From positions 175,835 through 239,834 of the forward strand of contig NW_008246120.1 of assembly GCF_000281045.1 (NCBI RefSeq): DNA of 64,000 bases. The letters run 5' to 3'. This stretch comes from Saprolegnia diclina VS20. Its lineage: Eukaryota. Below the pieces are notes generated by a model, which was not told the DNA's origin, did no database searches, and saw only the letters and a list, made by a program, of their open reading frames with translations. Position numbers and translations under genes: made by a program. Position 1 is the first letter of the stretch. Each line of letters opens with the position of its first letter. Shown here one piece after another: positions 37,365 through 49,475 of this stretch.

Positions 37365-38401
37365 CTAGATTTCAAACACGATGGGTCGGCTCGGCGCGGG
37401 TTGTGGGCGTGTGAGAATGGGGAGGCCCTGTCGCTGCCGAAAGGCCTTGAGCCACGCCTCGGACGCCTTGAAGTTTGTAATGCCCAAGGACGTTGCAATG
37501 TAAATGGCCTCGGCGCGCAAGTTGTCGAGCGTATACTGCAGGTCCTGCTCACTGAGCTCGGCAATGAACGCCATCAAGCCGCGGTCGATTGCGTTGCAAG
37601 CGACGTTTCTCGAACCCCGCGCGATGCGACGGGGTCTTCGTCTGTCGCTAGCAAGATGGGCCGCGCCTTGTTACGGTCCTTGAGTAACCGCTTGATCGTG
37701 GCCGGCTTGATGCCAAAGTGCCTGGCAGCCACCGGGATACTCGGCGGCGTCGGCCCGCCAAACGCCAAGAGAATGTCGAGTCGATCTTGGTCCGTGAGCC
37801 GCAACATGTCTTCGCGATGACTGCGTCTGCCTGCGTCCTCGCCGCTCACATGGGCCCGCGGCGGTCTCTCGAAGGGATTGTTGGCGAAGCGGTTGTACAC
37901 GACCCGCCGCGTTCGCCGGACGTCCTCGGGCGTGGCCAATAGCATTGGCAAGTACTGGTCGCGCTTCCGCACGAGCTGTCGTACCGCTATTTCGTTGACG
38001 TTGTACTGACGCGCCAAGGCACGCGTCGATGGCGGCTTGGGCGTGTCCAGGGCCAGGAGAATCTCGAGCCGCTCCTGGTCTGTCATGCACAGCCCATTGC
38101 GCCTCGGACGATCTGGATACTCGGGTACCTGCAGCGGCTTTGGTGGCGCTGGCGGCGCCTTTCGCCGGAACGTTGTGCGGCGCACCTTCTCGGGCGTCGC
38201 CAAGAGGCGTGGCAGCACCTCGTCCCGCTGCGCAAGCAGCTGACGCAGCGCGGGCACCTTGACGCCGTACTGGCGTGCGGTGCTGTGTATGCCCGTGTAC
38301 TTGGGGCCTGGCAGCGCCAAGAGGATCTCGAGACGCTCTTGGTCGTTGAGACGCCGGGACTTGGGCTTTGCTGGCGGCGCGCTCCGCACCTCGCCCGCCA
38401 T
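37365..38401 (-). pseudogene. CENP-B/pogo(Tc5)-type multi-HTH protein without a DDE domain, carrying an apparent 1-nt frameshift (pseudogene or assembly error)
   Basis: Three [LM][NT]DQ[ED]RL[ED]ILLA...AR[QH][YF] repeats; FKASEAWLKAFRQR lies in a shifted frame after a C4 run (plus-strand GGGG, 37631-37634). Confidence 0.6.
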
Positions 38402-38673
38402 GGTCCAGGATTGCACAATGGACCGTACAGAAGCGTACATCAATCGTGTACGGTGGTACATCCAGTACATTCGAGTTGAAGTCCTTCGCGCTCGAATAGT
38501 GTCGGTCATCAAAATAGTGCCATTCATTTTGGCGCGAAATTGCCGATCTTCGAAAGGATATATTCGTTCGGAATGCGTCATCACGAAGCTGATGCACAAA
38601 CCAAAGTGCACATTTACGTTCGAACCGTACATGCCGTTTGGGCTATGGAGCAACGTAGACACATTGTTTGTGC

Positions 38674-41600
38674 TTAAATATCGCTGTCGTCCGAGTCGTT
38701 GGGGTCGGCGGCCGCGTCGACTTCTTTGGGTGCGCCCTTAGTGTCTGCGTCATCTTTGTTATCGGCTTCATCGGCGGACGACACAACAGACGAAATGGCC
38801 TCGGACGCACTTCCGTCATAGTCGTCAGCGTCCAGATCGTCTTCAATCACGTCGCTGAGCTCGCTGTTGTTGCGCGGACTTGGCGGGCGCGGTAAGCCAA
38901 GGTATTGCGCTTGAAAGACGTCAAAGCCAGCGTCCCAGGGCCGTCGAAGCTGCTTCCGGATCGCCTTGATGCGCTGATTGGTCACAATCTAATACGAGGT
39001 ATCTCGCGAATCATCATAGAAGGAGGACGTACGCGATCTCGAATCTCCTTGCCCGTCGTACCCAAAAGCATGTCGACGATCTCAGTGACGTAGTGGTTGA
39101 AGGTCTGGCGGAGCTCGTGCTTGAGTGTCTTGACAACCGCCTCCATGTCCTTGATATGCTCTTCCTGCTGCGCAATATCTTCCTCAATCGTCTTGACGAG
39201 CGCCTAGCATGGCGAGTCAATTGAGTAGACTACATCGAAGCACAAGTTGTTTAGCAAACCTCGGCCGCCTTGGCGTTCTCATCAGTCCACGCGTCACCCG
39301 CGATCGTCTTGTCGAGGACGTTCTTTTGCGTCGCGACCACCACGTCGGCTTTGCGCAGCCCGATGGCTTTTCGAAGCCCCGGGAGTTGCTTCGTGATGCG
39401 CTTCTTGCGCGCCTTTCGCTCGGCCTTGAGTTTTTTTGCCTCTTTAAACAGCCGCGCCTATCGAATTTGATCTCAATAAGTATCGATAAGTATCAATAAA
39501 ATATCAATAAAGTATCAAACTATCAATGTAGCAATATAGCAATAGAGAGAGTACTCGACACCTACCTTGCCGTCGCGCGTGGTAGTGAGGAAGCTGTGGA
39601 CTTGTGCACGGACCTCCTTGAGCGCATGCTCGATCTGCGCGTCCTCCTTGACACGACGTGCTGCCTCTTCGTAGGACGTGAGCGACTGGACGAGGACCCA
39701 GCCAAACTTGTAGCACGGCTCGTGGGTCGTGCCCTTGCGCAGCATGTCTTCGCAGCCGCAGCGGAAGGGCACGCGGTGGTGCGCGATGCCCACAGGACCA
39801 TACACGCCTTGGTAGTGCGTGAGGGCATCAACGACAACGTCGGGCGCATGTCGAAAAGCCTCTTCGGTGAAGCCGCGTCCGACGCGCTTCTCAATCACAT
39901 GCAAAATGCTCGGCACGTCTTCCCAGTCGTCATAGAGCGCGGTGGGATTGAGCATAAAGCACGGCGTCTCTTCCGCGTGGAGCCCCCACGGACGCGTGAG
40001 GTCGTATCGAAAATCCACCTTGTCGAGCCACCTATCTCGTGGGTTATTGCATCTCTTGCAAAATGGCAAGCAGCGGGACCGTTTGGTCTGGATGAGGCGG
40101 CAGAGCTGGAGCACATCCTCGAGGACGGCTCTGCGCGCGGTTTGAGCCCGGTCGTGCTGCGTCGCTTGAAGCTGCTGGACCAAATCGACGCCTCGAATGG
40201 ACGGCGCCTCAAAGAATGCGCCGTTGACGTACTTGTCGACCTTGTCTTCAAATTCGCGGAGGTCGTCGGGCGTCAGAAACGCAAGGTTCGTCGTCAAGAG
40301 GTTGCGGGTGCGGGGTACGAAGTGGTCGCGCTGAAAGCCGTACGGCACGGCATCTAGGAGCGACTGGAGCTCCAGCACACGCTCGACGCGTTTCTGTAGG
40401 TAGACTTGGATGTCGCGGATGCCTTGGGCGAGGACACTCGGCGGCGGCGACCGCAGCGGGTTGCCTTCGAACTCGACCATCTCGAGCGTTTGCAGGTTGC
40501 CAAAGTCGACGGGAAGTTCTTGGAGCTTGTTGCTCTGCATCCAGAGCCGCTTCAGATGCTGCATCCCACAGGCTACCAGTGGAAAGAGCTCAAATCGGTT
40601 GCCCGACCTACACCAAAGTCATCTCAAGACGGATCATGATTTTGCGTAGTACAAGGAAAGGTCGTGGAGGGACGCACTCGCAATGGAAGCGGGCAACGAC
40701 GACAGCGAATTGCGGTTGGCCTTGAACTCGCGCAGGCCGACGGCCGTCGCAAAATCAAACGCTTCGAGCGTCGAAAGACGGTTGTTGGAAACGTCAAGCA
40801 CCCGCAAGGACGCCAGCTGCGCGAGGCTTGACGGGAGGCTCTGTAGATGGTTGTGTGGGGCATGGCACTGCTCCAGCTGCGAGAGTCCGTCCATCGCAGT
40901 CGGCAAACCCGTGAGCAGGTTGCACCCGACCCGGAGCACGCGCAGCTTGGTCGCATGCGCTAACGTGTCGGGAAGGAAGGCGAGGCTGTTGTTTTCCAAA
41001 TCGAGCTCCTCCCACGGACACGGTCTCGGAATGCACGAGGCGTTCATCGTGACCAGTCGGTTCTGGCGTAGGTTGAGAAGACGAAGAGTTGGTAAGAGAG
41101 CCACTTGCGCGGGCACGCTGCCGAGATTATGCCCCGTGAGCCGCAGCTCCTGGTACAAGTGGGCTCCAACGTCGTGCGCTCGGTACACTTGTACCTGCAG
41201 ATGCGAGAGCTCAAACAGTTGCGGTGGCAGCGTCGTGAGGTTGCGCCAATGGCAGTCGAGTACATGGGTCGTCTTTGCTGCGGCAATGAGCTCCATGATC
41301 TCCTTATGGACATGCACGTCGGTCGTCTACATACACACCATACCGAGTCGAATGGAGAGGTATGTCGATGGTACGTACGACGCATTCATCGACGATACCC
41401 GCTTGGACTTGGTGGGGTTCGGGGGGCGCCCCCCGTGCCTCTCTACGAAAGTATGACATCGTCAACGACGACAAGTTGTCTGTTCTTTTACACGTAGATT
41501 TGGTTTTGAATTTCAGCAAAAACCGACGACAGACCCATGGCCTGGGCTGCGGCCGACGGAACGACCAAGGACGGGTTGCCCGTGAGGCGAAGTGTCGTAA

Positions 41601-43434
41601 GCTGCCGGAGCTGCAGCAGGGACCCGGGCACACGCTCAAGATGATTGCTGCTCACGTCCAACACGGTGAGCGTCGCGAGCTTGCCAATGTCCGGTGGCAG
41701 GCCCGCGAGTCGGTTGAGTTTCAGGTCCAGTCTACGCAAATTGGCTTCACAAATGATCCCAAAACTCCGTCGTACTCTTGCAAGAGCGGAAAATGAACAA
41801 AGCCGTCCGGAAGGCTCGTGATGCAATTGGCCGGCGCCAAGAGATGCGTAAGGTTTGCAAGCTGACACAAGGCGTCAGGCAGCGTCCAGAGCCGATTGTG
41901 TCCGACATTGAGCACTTGAAGCGCATGCATGAGGCCCTACATCCTCGCTCGCAGCCGTGGTATCGCTTTTGTGTAGCGTACGAGTGAGACGGGCAGCTCG
42001 TCAATACTGTTGTTGGCGACGTTGAGACGCTTGATGTGCATGAAGCGGTCGTAGCGGTCGAGCTCGGGCGGAACACTAGTGTGCTATAAAGCTTATCAGT
42101 GCGTTTATTAGTATATCGCACCAGGTAAAGGTTTCGTGGGTGCTGTGGTTGCGATACGACGTTCGCGCACCAGGTAGAATCTCCCAGCCGCCTGGAAAGC
42201 TCATCGACGGTGCGTCGGCGGATGGTTCGATGGATTGCTGGTTTGGTGACGGGTGCAGACGTAGCTTTGGTATCGCGTTCGGGTCGGGCCCGAGGACGTC
42301 AGGGCGCTGTCGTGTCACTGTTTTTGTCTTGATGTTGTAGTAGATAACTGCACCACTTGCTGGGTCCGTTGATTCGGACCAATCGGCGACCGATGACGTT
42401 GCTACGGGGTCAGAAGCAGGACCATTGAAACGCCGAGGCGCCGCTGGCATGGGCAGCAGCGCGAGCGACAGCAGCTCGTTTTTCGCACACGACAAGGTTC
42501 GAAGCAAGTGCAGTTCGTAGAGGGCGTTGGGCAGATGCACCAAAAGATTGTGGCTCAAGTCCAAGGTCACGAGATGGACGAGCCGGTGCAAGAAAGGCGC
42601 AGTGCGGAGTCGGTTCCGCGGGACCGAGAGATGCTGCAGCGAGGTTGGGAGCGTCTCGGGCAGCCCGCCAAGTTTGTTGCAGTCGAGAAGCAGTGTATGA
42701 AGCCGGGTCCAGCGGCCGATGTCGTGCGAGAGCGTGATCAAGCTATTTTCGCTAGCGTTGAGCCACTCGCAGCTCGGAAATGCAGCACAAAAGGCACTCG
42801 AGAGCTCACGAAACTCGTTGCGGCTGATGTTGATCTCCTTGATGAAGCGCGCCATTTGCAAGAGAAAGGTCGAAAATACCGTGTCCGGGACCAGGTCGAT
42901 GCGCAGCGCCTTGAGGTCGAGCATGCCGGAGCCGTAGCTTCGACACATGGCGGTTTGAATGGTGCGCGTCTTTTCTTGGGCTTGAAAGTCGGCGTCGTTC
43001 TCGTGCTTGAGCATGTCATCGGCGTGGTGTCGTCGCCGTTCGATGAGCACGGCCATCGTGTTGAGCGTCGGTGGCCCGGTCGTCGCAAGCCTACTCGAGC
43101 AACGACTGAGCCTCGAACGAGATTTCGTTGTGTAGTACCGGGTTTCGAGAAACTTGGTCTTGTACTGCGACGCCTTTTGCTCGCGAAGGTAGCGCTCGTT
43201 GTTGCTCAGCACCTTGGCCTCGTACTTGGTGCTGATCGCATGGATCGTCGCGCGCGCCTGCTCGTAGCTCCCACTCGCCGCATACTCTTTGTGGATGTTG
43301 AGCACCGGCGCCTTGAGCGCGACGCGCTGCCTCGCCTTGGACTCTTCGTCTGGTGGCGTGTACAGGATGTTGTCGCCGCAGAGCTCATCAAACGGGAACG
43401 CATTTGGCGTCGTCGTCGGGTCGGTCGGGTCCAT
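38674..43434 (-). CDS. Large leucine-rich-repeat protein with WW-like module(s); many introns, may be more than one gene
   Basis: Many LxxLxLxxNxL repeats in successive exons; WSESTDPASGAVIYYNIKTKTVTRQRP; acidic C-terminus. Confidence 0.75.
39473..39545. repeat. Degenerate AT-rich intronic tandem repeat (TATCAATAA-like)
   Basis: tcaataagtatcgataagtatcaataaaatatcaataaagtatcaaactatcaat. Confidence 0.6.
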
Positions 43435-43591
43435 GGCTCGCCGCTTCCGTTTCCGCCAATGGCATCACGCAAAGTGGCAGATCGCGATGCCATTGGATGA
43501 AATAGACAGAAAAGACCTATTGCAGCCCGTGGATTGGTGCAAAAGATGCGTCGGTTACGTGGCGAACGCAACGAACGAGCACATCGCAACC

Positions 43592-46174
43592 ATGGACAAG
43601 TACCGCAAGCTCGAGCGGATCGGGAAGGGCAGCTTCGGGGCCGCGTACCTCGCCGAGAAGAAGGGCGATCCCACGGGCACCAAGTACGTCATCAAGGAGA
43701 TCCCGATCGACCCGAGAGACTCGACGGCCGCGATCCGAGAGGCGCGGCTCCTCGGCGCGCTCGACCACCCCAACATCATTGCGAGCAATGAGAGCTTTGT
43801 GCTGCCAGGTCGCAAAGTCATGTGCATCGTGACCGAGTATGCGGACGGCGGCGACTTGCGCCAGCGCCTTAAGCGCTGCATGGACGCCGGTACGTTGCAT
43901 GCTTTCACCGCCATGGTCCTGCACGCGATGGCTAGGGCGGCGCCTTCCGGAAGACGCAATCTTGGATCTCTTTGTTCAAATCTGCCTCGCGCTCAAGCAC
44001 GTGCACGACCGCAAGATCCTGCATCGCGACATCAAGCCCGAAAACATCTTCCTCATGGCCTCGAACGTGGTCAAGCTCGGTGATTTTGGCGTCGCCAAGG
44101 TCTTGAGCAACACGCTAGCTTGCGCCGACACACAAACGGGCACGCCGTACGTTGAACGACCTATATCAATGCACTGAGGCTATGGTATGCAGGTACTATA
44201 CCTCGCCCGAGATCTGCGTCGGGAAGCGGTACAACCACAAGACGGACGTGTGGAGTCTCGGCTGCGTCTTGTACGAGCTCGTGACGCTCTCCCATGCGTT
44301 CAATGGCCCGTACGATCCAGTGTCTCTATCTCAAGGCTTGCACTCTCTACTTTGAATGCAGGAACCAGCGCCAGCTCTTTCTCAACATTGCCAACGGAGC
44401 GTACGACACGCAGCGCTTGAGCTCGGTTTCGAGCCGGCTCGGTGACCTTGTCCAGGACATGCTGCGCAAGAACCCGCGCGACCGGCCGAGCATCAACGCC
44501 ATTCTCAAAACGCCGTTGATCCGTGACCGCATCCAAGTACAAATCTAGTCTCTGTTCTATCTGAAAGAACATATTGTCATCTAGACGTTCCTCTCGGCCC
44601 AAGAGATGCAAAACGAGCTTGGCCACACGGTGCTCCATGGCCAACACATCTTTCAGCGGCGCGTGAGCAAAGCTCCGGTGCCGTCGAGTCCACGGGCCAT
44701 GAAGCAGCCGCCACCGCCGCCGATCCCGCAAGCCCACGTCCGACCACTCTTGGCCCGGCCGGTTCGTGGCTACGCGGCCCCGACGGCCGTCGTCAAGCAA
44801 CGCCACGAGGTCATGGCTCAGAAGAAGGGACGCGTGCAAGCGCTCGTGCAAAAGCAACGCGCGGACGCTGCACTCCGCAACGCCGAAGCCAAAATCGCCC
44901 TCGAGTGCAAAGCCCGGCTTCTCGCAGCCAAGAAGCTTCACGACAAGAAGGTTCTTGTGGCGTTGTCACATCGATTTGTCATGACGGCGTAGGACTCGCC
45001 GCCAAAGAAGGGACCGCTCGACGTCGGCCGGCGTGTCGCCGCCTTCAACGCGCAGGTGCCGACGTGCACGATGCGCTAAGATCTCAAAAGCGTCTAGTGG
45101 GAGCGCCAGAAGATCGACTTGTTCGCCAACTTGCCTGGGCCACCGCCCAAGGTACGCGATCGTTGCTGTACAGAGTGTGTCACCGGCCACGGCTAGTCGG
45201 CGCCCACCAAAGCCGCCGCCGCCGTCGACTTTAAGCAAAAGATCGAGGTACCATTCATCTACGAAGCAACAACGGCGTCACTGTGCGGCGTAGGCCAAGA
45301 AGGCGGAGCTGCTCGCCGCCCAAGCCGTGCGCGACGCATGCGTCGTCCGCGCGCTGGACGACTCGAGCGTCGGTCTCGGGCCCAAGTACAAGTACCCGCC
45401 GTCGGATCGCGACCTCTCTCGCCTCAAGATGTGCGAGGACATTCGAGAGCGTAAGAAGCAGCTTCAACGCGGCGACGTCAAGCACGCGCTCCAAGACCCC
45501 GTGATCCTCGTGCAGGCGCTCAAGCCGCCGCCACCGGATGTCGAAGTCATGACCGCGCCCGACACGCTGCACTACGGCAGTACCGGTGCATCACCATTTT
45601 CTTCAATTTGGAAATCCGCATATGAAGACCTAGTCGGCGTCGCTGCCGTCCTTTCGCCGCGCAAGCCCGCGCTTCGCATCGACGCGGATGCGGCCAACGA
45701 CGACATGCAGGAGCAGCACGGCCTCGCCTTCCACGTCCAAGAGCTCATGTCGCCCGAGGTCCACACTCGAGACGGCCGTCATGACATTGTTCTGCGTCAC
45801 AACCAGCTCGAGTACGAGCGCATGCTGCTCCAGATGAAGAGCGTCATGGACGCAGCGTCGTCACCGACAACCAACGATGACGACGACGACGACGACGACG
45901 ATGATGATGACGGTGGAGATGACGACGTGTCGACACCGGACGACGTCTCACCGGTGCGTGGCCCTCAACTGCCTGTAGCAAAGGCATCGATGGTTAGGGT
46001 TGCTTTGCGTAGACGCTATTACCATCTCACTTGCCGCTAGCGACGCTGGAAGACCCGGCGTTCGTACGGCAGCTGCAGGCGCTGCTCAAGGACCCGAGCG
46101 CCGTGCCGAGTGGGCTGACGGCGCCACTGCTTACATGGGCACGCGACTATGTCCAGCACGTCCTCTCGTCGTAA
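43592..46174 (+). CDS. NIMA-related (NEK) Ser/Thr kinase, multi-exon
   Basis: [62 protein letters not shown]. Confidence 0.93.
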
Positions 46175-46301
46175 TACGCCTTCGACAAGCAAGTACGGGA
46201 CGTCAGTGGTTATATTGACAAAACAAGGTGGCTATTCTTCACACAGGACGGAACAGGACGCCGAACTGACGGCACAGAGACAGAAAAGGAATGGAAAATG
46301 G

Positions 46302-47762
46302 CTACTCGGAGTGGCGCTTGCCAAAGCCGTAGCTGGGCGACGAGCCGCCAGCACTCTTGACCTCCATGTGAACAAGCTGCTCAATGGACGCGGGCGGCGC
46401 CGTGAGGTCCGAGTACCGGTACTCGTCCTCGAGCATCTTGTCGGACGGCATTGGGCTAGCAATCGTGCGCGACCGACGGCGCAGTGGCGGCGGAAGGAGC
46501 TTGATGCGCTCTTCGTAGTCTTCCGAGATGACTTGCATCTTGCGCGCACCTTCAAGGTTCAACGGCGTGTTCGAGTCAAAGGCCGAGAGCTGCCCGATCG
46601 CGAGCGACTTGTAGATGGTGCGCAGGTGAAAGTAGTACTTGGCGTACGACGCGGCCGAGACGCGGACGTTGTACTCGACGGCCGCCAGGTACAGTAGCTC
46701 CAGCGTGTTGATGCGCCGGAGTGGAAACGTGACGTGGCAGATCTTGGAAAAGTCGGCATTGCACATACTGAGGTCGTCCCAGACCTTGCTGGCCATGACC
46801 ATGGACGAGAAGAGGATCGCGTGCCAGTTGCCGGCGTGGATCTGCAGCCCTTTGCCCATCGTCGCTTGCAAGAGGCGCTCGACGTAGATGAGCCCCATGA
46901 TGATGCACTCCGACTCCATTTGCGCCTTGGTGTGCACTTGGTGCATGAACGACACAATGTCGTCGATCGACGGCAGCGGCAGCTTCTTGAGCGACGACGC
47001 CTGCAGCGCTTCCATCGAGAGAAACCCGTGGAAGCGCGGGTCCGCGGGCAGCGGCGTCGCATGGGCCTCGCGAATGTGGCCGCGAATGACATGGGCGACG
47101 CAGAGCATCGTGCTCTTGACGTCCGGCTTGTTCATCGTGCCCATGCGCACGTAGATCGAGTTGGTGCTGTTCGAGCGCATGCGCAGTGGCTGCGGCGGCA
47201 CCACCGCGGTAAACGCCTCGTCGCGGTACGCGCTGCCGTCCGTGAACGACGCCCGCTCGTGCAGCACCGGCGTCCCGCGCTCGCGGTTCTCTGGAATCGG
47301 CGACGGCGGCAGCTTGGACGCGAGCGAGCCATAGACTGGCACGTCTTGGTTCAGGTCTTCTTTTGCCGACAGCGTTCGAAAGAGCCGTGGCGGGCCCGTC
47401 GCGAGTTTCGTGGCAGGCTTGCGGCTGTGCACGGGCGGCGTATCGTTCGTGTCTTCCTTGGCCGAGAGCGTGCGGAAGAGGCGCGGCGGCCCGGCCGCGA
47501 TGACAGCCGCGACGTCGTCACGGCTCGCGACGGGCTCGGGCGAGAGCATGCCCGCGCGCAGCTTGTTCTTGATGTTGTTCTCCATGGTCCGGAAAAAGTG
47601 GGACGCCGCCTCCTTCTCGCGCCGGACGATGCAGGGCGGCTTCTTCCACGTCGTCTCGCGCGTAACCGGGTGGTAGTAGTACGAGCGGCCGGAGCGCGGG
47701 CATTGCGCGACCTTCCACTCGACGTCGGCGGCCATCGTCGTCGTCGTCGGTCCCTCGCCCAT
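46302..47762 (-). CDS. Cyclin Y-like protein with an N-terminal WW domain; intronless
   Basis: WKVAQCPRSGRSYYYHPVTRETTWKKP; AQMESECIIMGLIYVERL; ASKVWDD; YAKYYFHLR. Confidence 0.92.
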   Translation of the reverse strand: MGEGPTTTTMAADVEWKVAQCPRSGRSYYYHPVTRETTWKKPPCIVRREKEAASHFFRTMENNIKNKLRAGMLSPEPVASRDDVAAVIAAGPPRLFRTLSAKEDTNDTPPVHSRKPATKLATGPPRLFRTLSAKEDLNQDVPVYGSLASKLPPSPIPENRERGTPVLHERASFTDGSAYRDEAFTAVVPPQPLRMRSNSTNSIYVRMGTMNKPDVKSTMLCVAHVIRGHIREAHATPLPADPRFHGFLSMEALQASSLKKLPLPSIDDIVSFMHQVHTKAQMESECIIMGLIYVERLLQATMGKGLQIHAGNWHAILFSSMVMASKVWDDLSMCNADFSKICHVTFPLRRINTLELLYLAAVEYNVRVSAASYAKYYFHLRTIYKSLAIGQLSAFDSNTPLNLEGARKMQVISEDYEERIKLLPPPLRRRSRTIASPMPSDKMLEDEYRYSDLTAPPASIEQLVHMEVKSAGGSSPSYGFGKRHSE

Positions 47763-49259
47763 CGATCGACGCGCGGCTTCTCTTGTTGTATTTAATAAGT
47801 GGTCTGCGAAGGGGCTTGGTCCAGAAAGGCAGCACCGAATGGCGCAAGGCCATTGGCTGTTAATTCTCTATTTTGACCAATAGAAACCAATGGAAGCCGC
47901 GTTGGCCAATCACATCGCGGGATTGATTTGAATATACGAGGTGAGCAGCGGACGCGTGCGACATGCGTCGCGTTCGTGGCAGAAAAAGAGCGATCGCTTG
48001 CGATCTGTCCTGTACAGCGAGCGCGTTCTCCGTTGTGGCTACTACTGCAACACAGGGCGCGACCTTGATACTTTCCATGTATTGCGCAAAGGGCAAAGTC
48101 AAAGTCAAAAAGGCAAAGTCGAGCGAATGGACCGCAGGGCTCGATACAACACGCCGCACCAGCAGGTGCGCAGAGTCGAACGCGCTGGATGAAAAAAGGA
48201 CACAGGAATGTACGGTGCGGACACGGCGGCTGCACGGCGGCGACAACATCGAATTGCAGCCACGTGGGTGGTCGGTACATGCGGCAGAGGCGGCGACGTA
48301 GCGTTAGCATGCGCGAGAAATCGTGGCCGTCAAAGGCGACAGCACGGCACATGGCAGCTGGTGCGAGCGATAACGCATGACGCTACTGATTCTGAGTCGC
48401 CGCCGCCTCCTCTAGCTTGACACTCTTGTGCATTCGTTGCACGGGTTGAAGGCTATGAACCTCGACAAGTTGTAGTATGTAGGGTCGGGGAGTGGAGTTT
48501 TTCGCGGGTGCGTAAGACCAATGGCGTGCGACTGTCGGGATCGAAGCGGTGGCCAGTACTTGACAGCGTTCGAAATCACATGCGCATGCAATGATGGAAG
48601 CTTGGTCGTGGCAGTATCGCTTCGTGTTGATGGCAACGATCTGGTCCACATTATTTCGTATCTTTCCGACTGCATTGGTGGCATCAAAGCAGCAGGCACT
48701 GGCTCGACCGACATAAGTGAAGGGACTGGCAAATCAACCCACTGGGTCGCTGTTTTTTACTTTGCCCGCTGCACTCTGGGCGAACCTGCGATTTCTCCGC
48801 CTCGTCGTTCTTCATCGCTACCTAGTACCGGTAGTGCGCAACGTACCAGCGTTTGTTTCAAATTCGTCAGCTCACGACGCGTTTGGCGGTCGTACCGAGC
48901 AGTCGCGTCGCTACCGTTGGCGTCAGGTGCGTGCAATGCTTCATCGCGCCGGGCGAGATGCAGCTCCGTCGCCGTATTTTTACTGTACTTCACCAAGGAC
49001 TGTATGTATGGTGTCCATGCGGCGACGAGGAATGTTGTGTTACGAGGAAGAGGCCAAGATGAGATGGTTCGCCCAAGCCTTGTTCGTGTCGTTGTCGCCA
49101 CGCTCGAGTGCGACCTCCCTCGGAACCGTTGGACCGGTCGAGTGTAGTAGGTGGATTAGTTGGTGGAGTCTAGTACAAAGATGTCACCACGACTCAGTAC
49201 AATCCGTCAGTCGTTCAGCAAACAATCAACACTGGAATCAGTGATGCGTCCCAACAGTA

Positions 49260-49301
49260 CTGGGCTCTGGGCTCTGGGCTCTGGGCTCTGGGCTCTGGGC
49301 T
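49260..49301. repeat. Heptamer tandem repeat (CTGGGCT) x about 6
   Basis: ctgggctctgggctctgggctctgggctctgggctctgggct. Confidence 0.95.
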
Positions 49302-49475
49302 GTCCCTGCTTGCTATAATGTGAGTGTGGACCGTCGTATGCACAGGTGGATCGATGACCTAGTGAACCCCAACCCCAAGTGCCTACGAACACTAACTTCA
49401 AATGGAATACAGGTATAGATATATACGTTAGACATACTACTACGATTGCTACGACAACAACGCTTGACAACTTGC

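Noticed and set aside
47800..49250. Possible small or decayed gene downstream of the TDO-PLP fusion (e.g. a formamidase)
   Set aside because: No HGG/GxSxG or cyclase HxGTHxD motif seen; ORFs are short and inconsistent
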